NCBI GenBank assembly: GCA_964270895.1
Contig: OZ185436.1
Strand: one strand, 5' to 3'
Origin: Podarcis filfolensis
Taxonomy: Eukaryota
DNA: 64,000 nucleotides
Below the pieces are notes generated by a model. The model had not been told where the DNA came from, made no database searches, and saw nothing but the letters and a program-made list of their open reading frames with translations. Both the position numbers and the translations under genes were made by a program. The stretch's first letter is position 1; each line of letters begins with the position of its first letter. Positions 32,401 to 45,426 of this stretch are shown here, piece after piece.

Positions 32401-35400
32401 AAAGAGGCACAGCATGAGGGAAAGACACTTAAAATGTTTTTTCTCCATCCAATATACTTTGTAGCTCTTATACAAATGCCATTGCTTTATTAAAGCATAA
32501 GCTGAATGTTGCATCAAAATGTGTGTGTGTGCTACCACCTACATCTCCAGGGTTGTTGGCATCTGTCTGTTTTGAGAGACAATGGAATGTGCCTCTAGGG
32601 ATGAAGTGAAACCACTGCATTAGGCAATATATATGGTGGTCCTGGGCTGCCCAGATGACAAGACCTCGCTGATGTGGTCCAAAGGGAAGCAGAGCAATAT
32701 GTTTGGCACCAGCTTGGCTGTAGGAGTTCCCGGAAGGAGGCATACAAGGCGCCATCCAAATGTCTTAGGGCTCCATTCCGGATTTGTGTAGGATTCACTC
32801 CTAAGCCTTTTCTTGTCCCAAAGATATTCCGCAAGAGAGCAGAGGTTTGAGACCAGAGTTTTCCTTCTCCTAGACTGATGAGATTCTTCTTCCCAGGTTG
32901 TTGAGCCCCATCTGCCCCAATCTCCATGGTATTGTGCAGATAAACAGCATGTGTTGTCATGCTAGTGTTTACCCAACTCTTGAAAGTGGCAGCTAAATGA
33001 ATTGGGGTGGGTGGGGGAGGGAGGGAGGGAGGGAGGGAGGGAGGGAGAGGAAGGATACTTACAGAATGACACATTATGCTTCCCCTGCCCCCCAAATTAC
33101 ACATTACTGGAGAGACGCAAACTGGCAGCTCCCATGCATCTGCTCATAGTGAAGTTTAGGCCTTAGGCAAGCAGCACCGGAGCCTGTGTCATTAAGAGGT
33201 CTTGAATTCAATGGAACAAAATCTCAAAGCTGTCGATTATCATCGCTCCTCATTGGCAATATCCAAGTCTTATGTACTTCAATGGAATTTGCTTGTAATA
33301 AAACCTGCTCTTGATGAAGCTACCTGTGAAGGTTATTATCTTCATTGTTTACAGCAGCCCTATATATTACAAAGCATTTTGCAGTAGTGCAGGTTCCTTA
33401 CTTTTAATGTCTGTTTTTAAAGTACTGCAGGTGCCAAATAATGCCCATTCTGCATTTGTAAGAACTTGATCATTTAGTATGGCAACTCCTACACTTTGGA
33501 ACTCCCTGCCTATTGTGATCAAGCACGTACTGAAAACACTGCTGTTTAGATAAGCCTACCCAGATGCTTAGGAAGTTGAGGTAATTTTAATCTGTTTTAG
33601 GACTTCAACTTTTGTATGTTTTAAAGTAGAGTTAATTTTTTTCTTTATTTTACTGTTTACCAAAATTGTAAACCACTTTGAGGGGTTGTTGTTGTTTTCT
33701 TCTTACAGTCAAGCAGTGTATAAATTTTATGAATTAAACAAATAAATAAAGCAAACGGGGGAAATACCTCCGGGATTTTTATACTAGACGCCAATTCACA
33801 AACGCCTCATTTAATTCGAAGAAGAATTCTCAACTCAGAAAGCATCTAGTTTTGTGCACATTCCCTCCCCTGCCAATGGGGAAACTCTGGCAGCACCATC
33901 CCATGTGGGGTTAGAAAGATTCCACATCCCAAAAAAATCACATTTATTTTCTCAGCAGAGGGATGATACACATATACCCACGACATTCTTAGCAGCTGGA
34001 GATCTCTCCCCCAGAAAGTAGCACACCAACAGGATAGCATTCAACACACTGTATCTGTGGTCTAATTCTCAATACGCTTTCTGAGATAACTTGCAGTTCT
34101 CTTTCCATATACTCACACGCCTGCAGTGCCAGAATTCAGGCGACTGGCTGTATTCCAGAGTCACTTCTTTACCACCAATCACAAGGTGTCCCTATTAAAA
34201 TCAAAAAGAGAAAGGGGAATTTACTTGCCAAACGTAACAAAAACAAACAAACCTGAAGAGGGACTTTATTGGGGAAAGTCATGTGGCTGATTTAAACACC
34301 TGAAATGTTGGAAATGAATGAAAACAAACAAGGAAAAGGTGACTTCCATTTCAGATACATCGATTCTATACTGCTATAAGCTGACAGAGCAAAAATCTCA
34401 AGTTAACTCTACAAAGAGAGGCAAAATGGTATTGCCTTTAATAAAGGTTATACATGTGCGTGTTAAGAGAAAATGGAGATGATCAAACTAAGTTTTAGCC
34501 ATATGCTACAAATACAGGCTGGACTTAATAAAGCAAATTTAATGGTAAAGACATTTACACTCTGATCCTAAAGAAGCCACTGCTTGTCTAGTTTGCCTGC
34601 CATGTCACTTTGGCACAGACATGTAACAGCATGTTTTAGTAGAGATTTTTGGAGTTGGAAAGGACCATGAGGGTCATCTAGTCCAACCCCTGCAGGAATC
34701 TTTCACCTTGAATCCACAACCCTGACTGAGCTATGTTGTGCTGATATGACTGCTACCCAGTCATATGATATGAGGTCCAGTGCTGAGAAGTGAGGTTACA
34801 GGGAACCAGGCAGAGGGCCTTCTCCGTAGTTGCACCTGCCCTGTGGAATGCCCTTCTATCAGATGTCAAAGGAATAAACAACTATCTGACTTTTAGAAGA
34901 CATCTGAAGGAAGACCTGTTTAGGGGAGTTTTTAATATTTGATATTTTATTCTGTTTTTAGTCCTCTGTTGGGAGTTGCTCAGAGTGGCTGAGGGAACCC
35001 AGTCAGATGGGTGGGGTATAAATAATAAAAATTATTATTATTACCCCTTACCTGATCCTAAATGGTGTGTGGTAGTGCAGAAAGTCTTAGGGCTTAAAAA
35101 ATAATAATTACTTTTTCCATACATATATCTTAAGACTCAGATGCATATTTATTTCATTGGCAAGCTAGATGCTTGACTTGCAGGCTAAACACAAGGCTTA
35201 AGCAATATCTTAAAACACGTCTCCCTTTAAAAGCTTTGTCAGAAAAGGTAGGTTACATCTCAAGAGATTCTCAGCAGTGCTCGTCTTATGATGAAACCAA
35301 ACAGGTGACACTTTGCCAGTTAGAATCTACTTATGAAATATTAAGCACTAAAAACTTGTGATGGCCTACATAAGAGGATTTAATGTTCAGCTGATAGGTG

Positions 35401-38400
35401 GTACTCGAGTTTATTAAAACGAAAGAAATACCCTGTAATCAGAACAGTCGGTTCCTTCAAAGGATGACTAGAAGAAAGTAAAATACCCGCCTCTCTACAC
35501 TTTTAACCTGTCATCGATACAATTATGATGAAAAGGTGACGGACATATCTAGCACCGTTTTTACAATACAGGAAATGCTTCTGGCACTAACACATTGCTC
35601 TTTACCGAAAAACAGAAAGAAACAAAACCGGCACCTTCTTTTGACAAAACACAAGGGAACGATCACTCCAGAGTTTTGTTATAAACTCCAGTGGGTTGGC
35701 GGAACTGCCAGAGCAGATGGGGTGTGTGCATGAAGGGTTACACAGGAAGGGGGGGAGTCCTGTCACATCTGATGGTACAAAACTGGGTCTTACCATATAT
35801 GACAGCCCTTCAAATATTAGTTCCATGGAATAAAGGCAAGAGACTCGTTTTAAGAAAAGCTCCCAAGATGGGCATGTTTAACGTCTATTTACGGGAGAAA
35901 TGCATATGTCCCATGACAGCAAAGATAAAAAGGTGCCTAGCAGATATAATTTGTTTTTCTTGATTCAATTTCCTACTCACTCCCTAGATAGATTTGTAAT
36001 TTCCATTCCAAGTGGTATTCACGAGTGACTCCAATAATATTCTATTTAAATTAGCAACAAAACCAGTATTCCGCCCCCCCCCATGGATATCCAAATCCAA
36101 ACCTGTTCTCTATAATTTGGTTCAGACATCATCTCCCTTCAAGTTCCATTAGTCAGTTTTATCATCTGTGAGGATTCTGTGGTGAAAAGGTTTATAGTGT
36201 AGCCCCAGCAGATATCCTACTACCATATTTGAAGACATGCATTTCTGGAGTCAACCCAAACTAAAGCAAGCAATGACAGATCAAGCAAGTTAAACTAATT
36301 GTAAAGTTTTATTAAGCTAAGACTAAGCAACATACACAGATATATTGCTTCTAATTCCAGGTCAACCCTGAGTTTAGTTTTTCTTCCTTCCTTTCTTTCC
36401 CCACTAGCCCATTCAGACAACAGCCTTTTATCTACTCTGACTTTTTCCCTTCAAAATTTGAGGGTCTTTTCTGATTGGCTCCCTAAATTGTATCTTCCTC
36501 TGGGGATAACCTCTGGCCCAGCTGTTAGCTCATTTCACAGACAGGAACACTGTACAACATGCCTCCCCCTCAACCTAGACTTTGTCAGACTCTGATGCTA
36601 AAACTCTGATGCCCTCCTGTGCTCATTAATTTGTTAAAGGGTTGACCTATGCAAATTTGCGACTAAATGTCTGTACTGTATTCATCAAATCTTTGAGAAG
36701 TCTTACGCAAACATGTACACTTCTAAATAGGTACCAAGCATTACTTCTGCTAATTTTGTTATTTCCAAATGCTTTTAGCTATCATGCTTACTCAAAGTAT
36801 GATTTATCAGTCATATATTAAATGAAAATGCATGTATTCTTCTAGTCCTACACAAATGAAAGAAAAACCAGGAGCCTTTGTTTTTACAACAATTTTTTAC
36901 TTAAGTCAGATTATGACAAGCAAAGTATTTCCTGTCTATCAAGGCTAATTTGTTAACAGCAGTAATATACGAATTTCTTCGGTTTGTTGTGTTTTTATAC
37001 TCTGATGTTCCAATTCAGATTCTCAAACTGAAGATCACAGTTTCGTTGTGCTCCACATAGTCCTAAATGTGAGGTGGATTCCAACCTGGAAACAGCTGAT
37101 CTCCTGAAACACAAAAGGCATTCATGAACAATAACATAGCTATATTACTTATTAGCATATTTTTTATATTACTTTATTAACATAGTTACTACTTACCAGA
37201 TGCAGTCATCAACAACAAGCTTTTCTTTCTTTATAAGAACCGCTTAATAGTGGCTGTGTTAGCAATGCTGCATTGACCTTGGATCCCTCAAAATTTCAAG
37301 AAGTCAGAAACTACATTAGCCTGCTCACCAACTTCTTGCCATCACAGGAAAACACTCCAGGGAAAAGGTGTTGGGTGGGTTTGGTTTTTTTGAACCCTTT
37401 TCTATTTCTATCTCAGAGACTATAGCTTTAAAACTCATCTCTGTAGCACATTTTTAAAGGAAGGAGAATGAAGCACCTAAGTGATGTTTAACATTTCACT
37501 TCTTATTTTAAGAATAATTTTTCTTATTACATTTTTATCCTAGCCTTCCCCCTGCTCACATGCATCCTTCTACCGCGCTCTGCCCAAGATGTGTCTTTAT
37601 GCTGCTTCTATTTTCCATTCCCAAAACAGATTATACGCAGAGATTTTCAAGCAGTCTCTGATACATAGAGTTTTATTCCCAGACAGATCATCACCATAAA
37701 TGGCACATTCTGGTAATAGTCAAAGGGTGAGAGCCAATATAGCATGGGAAGGCATCTGCTCACGCAAAGGAACTTCTCTTTTCTCTCCCCTTCCACCTGC
37801 AGCCCCCAACTGCCCTGGAGGGTTGGGGGACCCTCTGTCACAGATTTTGGGGGTACACAGGACTGCAAGGGGGGAAAAAACAGGAAGTCCCATTTGCACA
37901 AGTGGATTGTCACTGAACAAGTGGGCAGATATCACTGGATATCAGCCATACTCACATACTCTTTCTTTTTAAAAATAAGAAATAAGAAGAGCCGATGGGT
38001 GGGTGTAAAATGTACACCATTACATTTCTGGATTATAAAGCATTAATAATAAGGGCCAAATGACATGTTAAACACAGAGATGTATAAAACAGCTTCTGGC
38101 GCATCCACTTTCAGCAGAGAAGCACAGAGAGTATTTAAACCGTTTTCACCCACTGCAACCACCCCTCTCCTTGCACTGCTGATATGTTTCTAAAACCCCA
38201 TGAACGAGGCGAGGAAAAAGCAACTGGGGAAAGAGGCAAGTGCAGGTAAGTTTAAGTGCAGTACAGAATTGTCCTTCCAAACCTGCTTTGCTCTACAAAA
38301 AGCAACAACTAGGAATTAAATACCTGGAATGATGCGAACTTAATTTCAAAGATCTGATATACACACCCATATCTCAAACTGCTTTGAAGATCGTCTCATG

Positions 38401-41400
38401 GCATGTAATATGGATGAGCGGGGGGGACGGGGACTGCTGCTTAAGAAAAGCAAGCCTAAAGCTCACTTCCATATACTAGCAGCTGTGTGATGCTTGGAGC
38501 CCTTGCCATTGTTTCCTTAATTGAAATCTAGATATGTGGTCTTAATACATCTTCAGGGATTAATCATTCAAGTTTAAGTGTAAATTGGTTTACAACACAG
38601 TTACCATACGACTGCCATTTTGAAATAAAAATTAGTGTCAAGAAATAGTATTACTTTCACAGAAAAATCCTTCTGAATTGTAATGTTAACAGAAAATAAT
38701 GTTGCCCAACTCTTCACACTTTATCTTATAATACTTTCACAATCAATGTAGTCTAATGCTCAAGGCTAAGGTTGATTAATGTTGAATCATTCCACAACTT
38801 TTAAAAATGGATGGCACACTTTGATCATTACAATTTGGGCCCTATTAATAGAAACCCGCACAATGCGGCTTTCCACTCTCCCACCCACCCACAAACTGGC
38901 TTGGGGAAGATCAGACAAACCCCCAGAACAGCATGTGGTGGGAGGAGAGGAGGGATTGATGCATGTAGTGAGCTGAAATGTTTGTGCTGATGGAAAAACT
39001 GAAAGTGTGACATTCCTCCCTTTGTTCTCCCTATCTGATGGGTGGCTGCTAAATTCATCAGCTTGCCTTTACATCAATCCAGACATTTGGGACAGGTGAG
39101 AACTACACAGGAAGAGGTGAGAAGAGGAAATTGCCACCTGTTTAACCAAGTGGATAACATGTTTGTAAAACTGTACACAATAGGACATGCTAACACCCAG
39201 TTTCTTCTGCTGCTTGCTTCAGATGTTCTCCCCACCACCACTCTTTTAAATTATAGCAAGGGTGCTATAATAGGGAAAGCCTAGAGTCAGTGTCAGTGGG
39301 ACGCGGGTGGTGCTGTGGGTAAAACCTCAGCGACTAGGACTTGCCGATCACATGGTCGGCGGTTCGAATCCCCGTGGCGGGGTGCGCTCCCGTCGTTCGG
39401 TCCCAGCGCCTGCCAACCTAGCAGTTCGAAAGCACCCCCCGGGTGCAAGTAGATAAATAGGGACCGCTTACCAGCGGGAAGGTAAACGGCGTTCCGTGTG
39501 CTGCGCTGGCTTGCCAGATGCAGCTTGTCACGCTGGCCACGTGACCCGGAAGTGTCTGCGGACAGCACTGGCTTCCGGCCTATAGAGTGAGATGAGCGCA
39601 CAACCCTAGAGTCTGGCAAGACTGGCCCGTACGGGCAGGGGTTCCTTTACCTTTACCTTTAGAGTCAGTGTCAAGCTAAATGAGGGTGTTTCCAGGCAGT
39701 TCCTAATACTGTGAATTTGCTATTTATATACTGTAGGCCAGGTGTGGGATGTTTCACAGTGTCTCGCTTTGTGTGTGTGAACATCTTGCTATCTTTTGTC
39801 CATGCTAGTATCTATGTCATGCTGGAGTTAGGTTAGGGTACAATTCATTTGAACAGCTCCTATCTTTAAATTTGTCTCCTTTTTTTTGCCCAAATCCCCT
39901 CTGGCTGGTCAGTTCAGCATGAGTCTTGTGCTGCCAGAAACTCTGGCTGATCACTGTGAATTCTCCAGGGCTTCCAATCCCACAGAAAAAATCCTCTTTC
40001 TTCTGTGCTCCACACAGAGGAAGCTCTTTTACTCACACAGGGAAGACTTTGAGGGAATTGGATGGGAGAGCACACACATGAATGCCAAAACAATTAGAGA
40101 TTTAAAGCAACTGCAGCTGCTATTCAGTGTTGGAGACACTCTTCCAAAAAGATGGATAATTAGTCTGCTTAAAGCAAATAAGAAAATGTACTTATTACCA
40201 CAAATGTGGCTCTCAAAAGTCCTTCTAAATATTACTAAAACCCTTTTCCCATTCACCACAATTTTAAAAGGCAGTGATAGGAAACTTTTTTTAAAAAAAA
40301 AAAGCATTACAATGTTAAAGAAGTATCACACTTGTTCGTTTAAGTAGTATATTTACTAATAGCTCAGGGTGCAATCCAGTCATTGTTGTTGCTGTTGTTA
40401 AAGTTGTTTGTCACTTTATCTTGCCCAAGGCAACCCAAAATGATTTACAACCAAGCTCCCTACAGATACAAGTGCAGAGCATTTTACATTAATACATCCC
40501 ACCCATTTCTAAAAGCTCACAGACAGTTAAAGACCTGGTTATAGATGTTTTTGCCTGGTGCCTAAAGATATATAATGATGGTGCCAGGCAAGCTTCCCTG
40601 CGGAGAGCATCCTGCAAACGGGCAGCCAATTATTGCTTAGGTGTTCCCAGAAAGGCTCTTGATCCAGCAAAAGCCTCTGCTAATAGAAAACCCAATTTGG
40701 GGGGGCTGCAGGGGCACTGGCAAAAACTGCCTCCCCTCTTCGTCTCTTAGCAGATGGGTCCACTGGATCAAAAGCCCTTCTGAGAGCACAAGAGCACCAG
40801 CTGGATTCCACTCTTAATATTTAAACACCTTATAACCAAAATAGCATTTTAGCACTTGCTTTCAGACATTTCCCCATTTTGCGTATGGCTACTCCCTAGT
40901 ATAGTGGTGCCTCGCAAGACGAAATTAATTCGTTCCGCGAGTCTTTTCATCTTGCGAAGCACGGTCCGTCGCAACTGCGCCTCTTCAAGCGGCTTTAAGA
41001 AAAAAGGGAACAAACTCGCAAGACGTTTTCGTCTTGCGAAGCAAGCCCATAGGGAAAATCGTCTTGCGAAGCATCGCAAAAAACGAAAAACCCTTTCGTC
41101 TTGCGCGTTTTTCGTCTTGCGAGGTACCACTGTACAAATATGTTTTCAGCCATTTTGGGGTCTTCTCCATTTTTGTAAAAGGTAAAATTTGGAAACATTC
41201 CTATTGAATTCAATGGGACTTATTCCCAAATAAATGTGTAAGAATGTAAATTCAGGAAATATTTTACACTTCAACACCTGCTGAGCAACCCTCAAACATA
41301 TGCCTTAAACTCTCTGTCAGCTGCAGAAAAATCTGGAGTGTGTTTTAGCCTGCACATCTTGCTCAGAAGCAGCACTTGCCAGGTTTACCAATACTCATCA

Positions 41401-44400
41401 TGGTCCTGTGTGAAATAACAGTGCATTTTAAAGGACACCAATGCACACATCCCGATCGCTGCACATCACAGGGGAAGATAACTTCTAGTGGGCGAGCTTG
41501 TATGCCATTATTATCTTCTTCTCAATGAGGAAGTCCAGGTTTCATCAGAACACCACTTAATTGAAGTATTATGATTGGATATTTAATTGGATGTTTTTTT
41601 ATTGGAAAATCAATAAAAATGGTTTTTTAAAAAAAACACCACTTGAAAAACATAGGGCTCAAATATACAAATTCTAGAATGCTCTCCAATGAAGAATACT
41701 TCCAACACTCCTTTCTCTTGCTTGCACTCTGAGAAGTGCAAGGAAGTGGTTGAAATGCTGGCCAAAGTCATGCTTGGGAAGAGGCAAATCACCAAAGTCA
41801 TAATAGCAGAGGAAGGTTCTCCATGCTGTTCTGGTATGGAATCTTAACACACATGCTGTAATAAAATTTAGTCAGACACATACAGAGAAGCAGCAGACAT
41901 ACATAAGTTACAAATGGAGCCACAGTTTGGGGCTCCTGGGAGAGAGGGCATTAATCACAGCAAAATGTATAAAAAATAGAATTTATAGCTCAACATCTTC
42001 TTATTTAGATTCTATTTTCAGTCACCCCATACTATGTGGGCACACCATTATAGAGCACTTACTGTGATCATGCAGATAGGAATTAGATGGCTGTCAAAGG
42101 ACAAAACACAGGGTCAGCCTAACAGAGCATTTCAAAGATTTGAAAATGGGGGGAGAGGTTCCTGGACTTCAGACCCAACCCCCAAAGATTGAATGTCTGC
42201 TAATTTCAACTTGTACAGTGCTACTCCCAAACACTTTGTCAATGAAGAACCATTGTATTTTCAGTATATACTATTATCAGTTCCTCATTTAGCCAAGATA
42301 ACCATGCCAAGGCACACAGATCTTTAGCAGTGTGAACTCTGCTTTGTATCTCTCTTGCTCTTACACTGCCCTGTGATATTACAGGAAAGAAGACATAGCA
42401 GGAAAAGGCCACCTCATTATGACTTACTCTAGTTGGGCCACTCCCAAGGCTAATCCGTTGTCCTGTGAGAAGACCTGCTCCAACCCCAAATGCCTTGTGG
42501 TAAATGATCCTGATGACTTCTAATATTGTTTGGTCAATGGGTGGTATTCATCTAAGTTTTACTCAGGGCAGAACCACTGAAATTAATGAACATGACTAAG
42601 GTAGGTACAATGATTTTCAATTGGTCTGCTCTGAATAAAACCTGAATACCCCCTTGTTTGTGGTGGTGGTCTTTTTAAAAAATGCTGTTTGTAAGCCACC
42701 TTGGAAACATGTTCAACCTAAAAGGTCAAATTTAAATAAAAACAAAAACACAAAAATACAGAGTTTGTTCCCAAATTGCGCATAGGTTCATTTTAAAAAC
42801 AAACTTTTAAACTTCTAATTCAAGGGGTTCCCTTTTGTCACAGGAGGCTTAGAAACAAGTACTGTAATCTGAACCTAAGATGATAAAGTTCCAAACTCAG
42901 ATACTCTATGGGGGCCAAAGTGCCCACTCTGGGGAATTAGTTCTTGAGGAAGACTTAAGGAGATGTGACAGTACCATATTGGAGAATCCAGAGAGATAAC
43001 TTACAAAGCACTGCTCAGGTTGAGCAGTAACAGAATTTTAAGAAACTTTTTAATGGGAGGAGGGTGTCACAAGATAAGCTTAGGGTCTCTACAGTTGCAG
43101 AACTATTTGTTGCTTCATTTCTTTGATGGTGTATTTTACTATGTCTTGTTTATTTTATAAATTTGATTAGTTGGTTTTTATTTTGTGTTCTGTACCCCAT
43201 CCTTGTATCTGCATTCACAAAGGGCAGACTATAAATATTTTAATAAACAAAAATAATGCCTCTACCAACAGATGAGCACTCACTCAATTGTGTTGCATGT
43301 TAAAACTAGACCTTTGTGGATCAAAGGGCCACAGCTGAACTAGTTGTTACTAGTATGAGCTTTCATTTTATTGCCATTGCCCAGATCTTATGGCAACTAT
43401 GGAAAATGTAGGACAAAGTACATAGCAGCTCCAATAGTCCCTTGTGCTCTTGTGAAAAAAGCAGCATTCTCTGAGATGCAAGATTCGTCTTTTGCTAACC
43501 TGAACTAGTCAACTATAGTCTGGAAGAATATTATATACAGGAATCCTTGCCGTTACATTTGGTACAACTTTTGTGAGCTCTCAATGGCATTTTTAGAATT
43601 TTACTTACATCTTCTGCAAGCCCTGCTCAATTGCAAACACCCAGGTTCACACAATCCTTAGTGCAAGGGTATGGTGCTCTCTAAATGTTACAGGACTACA
43701 ACTCACAACAGCCACAACCAGCATGACCAATGGTGAGTGATGTTGGGAACTGAAGACCAAAAATATATAGAGGGCATCATCTTGACCATTCCTGCCACAG
43801 AGGGTCTTCTCAAAGATGTAACAAATTTATTGCGGCATACTTATTTTCCGGACCAGAGCCCAAGAAAAGTAGGGGGGAAATGTGTGACCGTTGTTTTAAC
43901 AAAGCTAGGACAAAATACAGAAGAGATAGTGGTGGATGTGTCACTCCTATGCATGGTACAGGTTGCATGGAACCCAATAAAATTATTACAAGATCCACGT
44001 TTCCCACTAGTGATGAACAGATATAGCAAGATCAGTTGTGAGTAAATACCTACAGAGGGACAATATTTGCTGCAGTGATCTAGCCATTTGATGGACTCTA
44101 CAAATCCTAAGAACAGCTTACTCATTAAGGAAAGTACACCTTCTGTAGGTGTCCACTTAAACTGGTGACCATGCTACATCTTTTCACCAGTGGCTGTTAG
44201 TCATGAGTGGATGTCACTACACTGCTTGAATCTTCCATTTCCGCTCTCCTGGGTACTGTTACATACCAACTTCTACTGACTCTTTGACCTTTCATTTTAA
44301 TGCACACATTTCCCCCTTCTCCTCTCTCCTCTATACCAGGCCCCTTAAATTACCACTTATGGATCTAACAGTGGGTTTTGTCCTATGGAAAGATAGGCTA

Positions 44401-45381
44401 CAAATACATGTTAGTGTTTAAGCTTCCGCCCAATTTTGTTTTTGTTGTGACAGACCAACACAGTTACCCTTTTGGAATTTGTCTCCATTTGCAACAGTTG
44501 TACTTGTCTTTCAAATGATTAAGTTTTCTCATTATCTCCAAATAAATAAATAAAAAGGTAAAGGACCCCTGACAGTTAAGTCCAGTCGCAAACGACTCTG
44601 GGGTTGCGGTGCTCATCTCGCTTTACTGGCCGAGGGATTTGACGTTTGTCCACAGACAGTTTTCCCGGGTCATGTGGCCAGCAGGACTAAGCCACTTCTG
44701 GCGAACCAGAGCAGTGCATGGAAACACTGTTTACCTTCCCGCCGTGGCGGTGCCTATTCATCTACTTGAACTTTGACGTGCTTTAGAACTGCTAGGGTGG
44801 CAGCAGCAGGGACCGAACAATGGGAGCTCACCCTATCACGGGGATTTGAACCGCTGACCTTCCGATCGGCAAGCCCAGGCTCAGTGGTTTACACCACAGT
44901 GAACAGTTTACCCTTTAAAAAGACAGTAACGTCTACAGGGACTTGGATTTTATGCCCTTGCTTCATTGTTGTAGCCAAGGAAATGGCCTGATCATTACTT
45001 CTTTTCAGAACCCCAATGAACAACTACATCTAACCCACAATATGTACCCAGCATTGGACCATGAGCTTTCAAACTGGTCTTTTAAAAACAGTCCTTAATA
45101 TTCTTGTGATTAAGGAGATCCCAGATGTCAGTTACTTGGATCCATGTGATAAAAATCCAGGAATAGACAAAGATGACAGCAATAACTTTTATGAAATGCA
45201 GGCGCAAGACGGCGCCAGTGAAATGAACAAATATGTGTTGGCAGAACTCCATCCATGAGACTCCTCTGTTAAGAGGTGGAGAGGCACTCATTCCCCCTGT
45301 CCACGGAAAAGCTACTCAGGAGTAAGGTTACCAGATTTTTTTCAATGAATCCAGGGACACTTTAATAGATAGATAGATAGA

Positions 45382-45426
<45 letters not shown>

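Noticed and set aside
32595-33104. 169-aa minus-strand ORF in RBM6 intron 7, with a superficial ZP-domain-like segment THAVYLHNT
   Set aside because: It runs through a (GGGA)n tract and an RTE-type repeat fragment, with no coherent domain or splice support.
38243-38251. Perfect plus-strand donor CAG|GTAAGT, suggesting an antisense exon
   Set aside because: An isolated 9-mer is expected by chance in 64 kb; no matching promoter or downstream exon was found.
39886-40347. 153-aa plus-strand ORF
   Set aside because: No recognisable motif, an AT-rich tail and no splice or promoter support; treated as chance.
41316-41402. C-box ATGATGA and CTGA boxes on the minus strand, suggesting a C/D snoRNA
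   Set aside because: No terminal stem, no clear C' box and no recognisable rRNA or snRNA guide.
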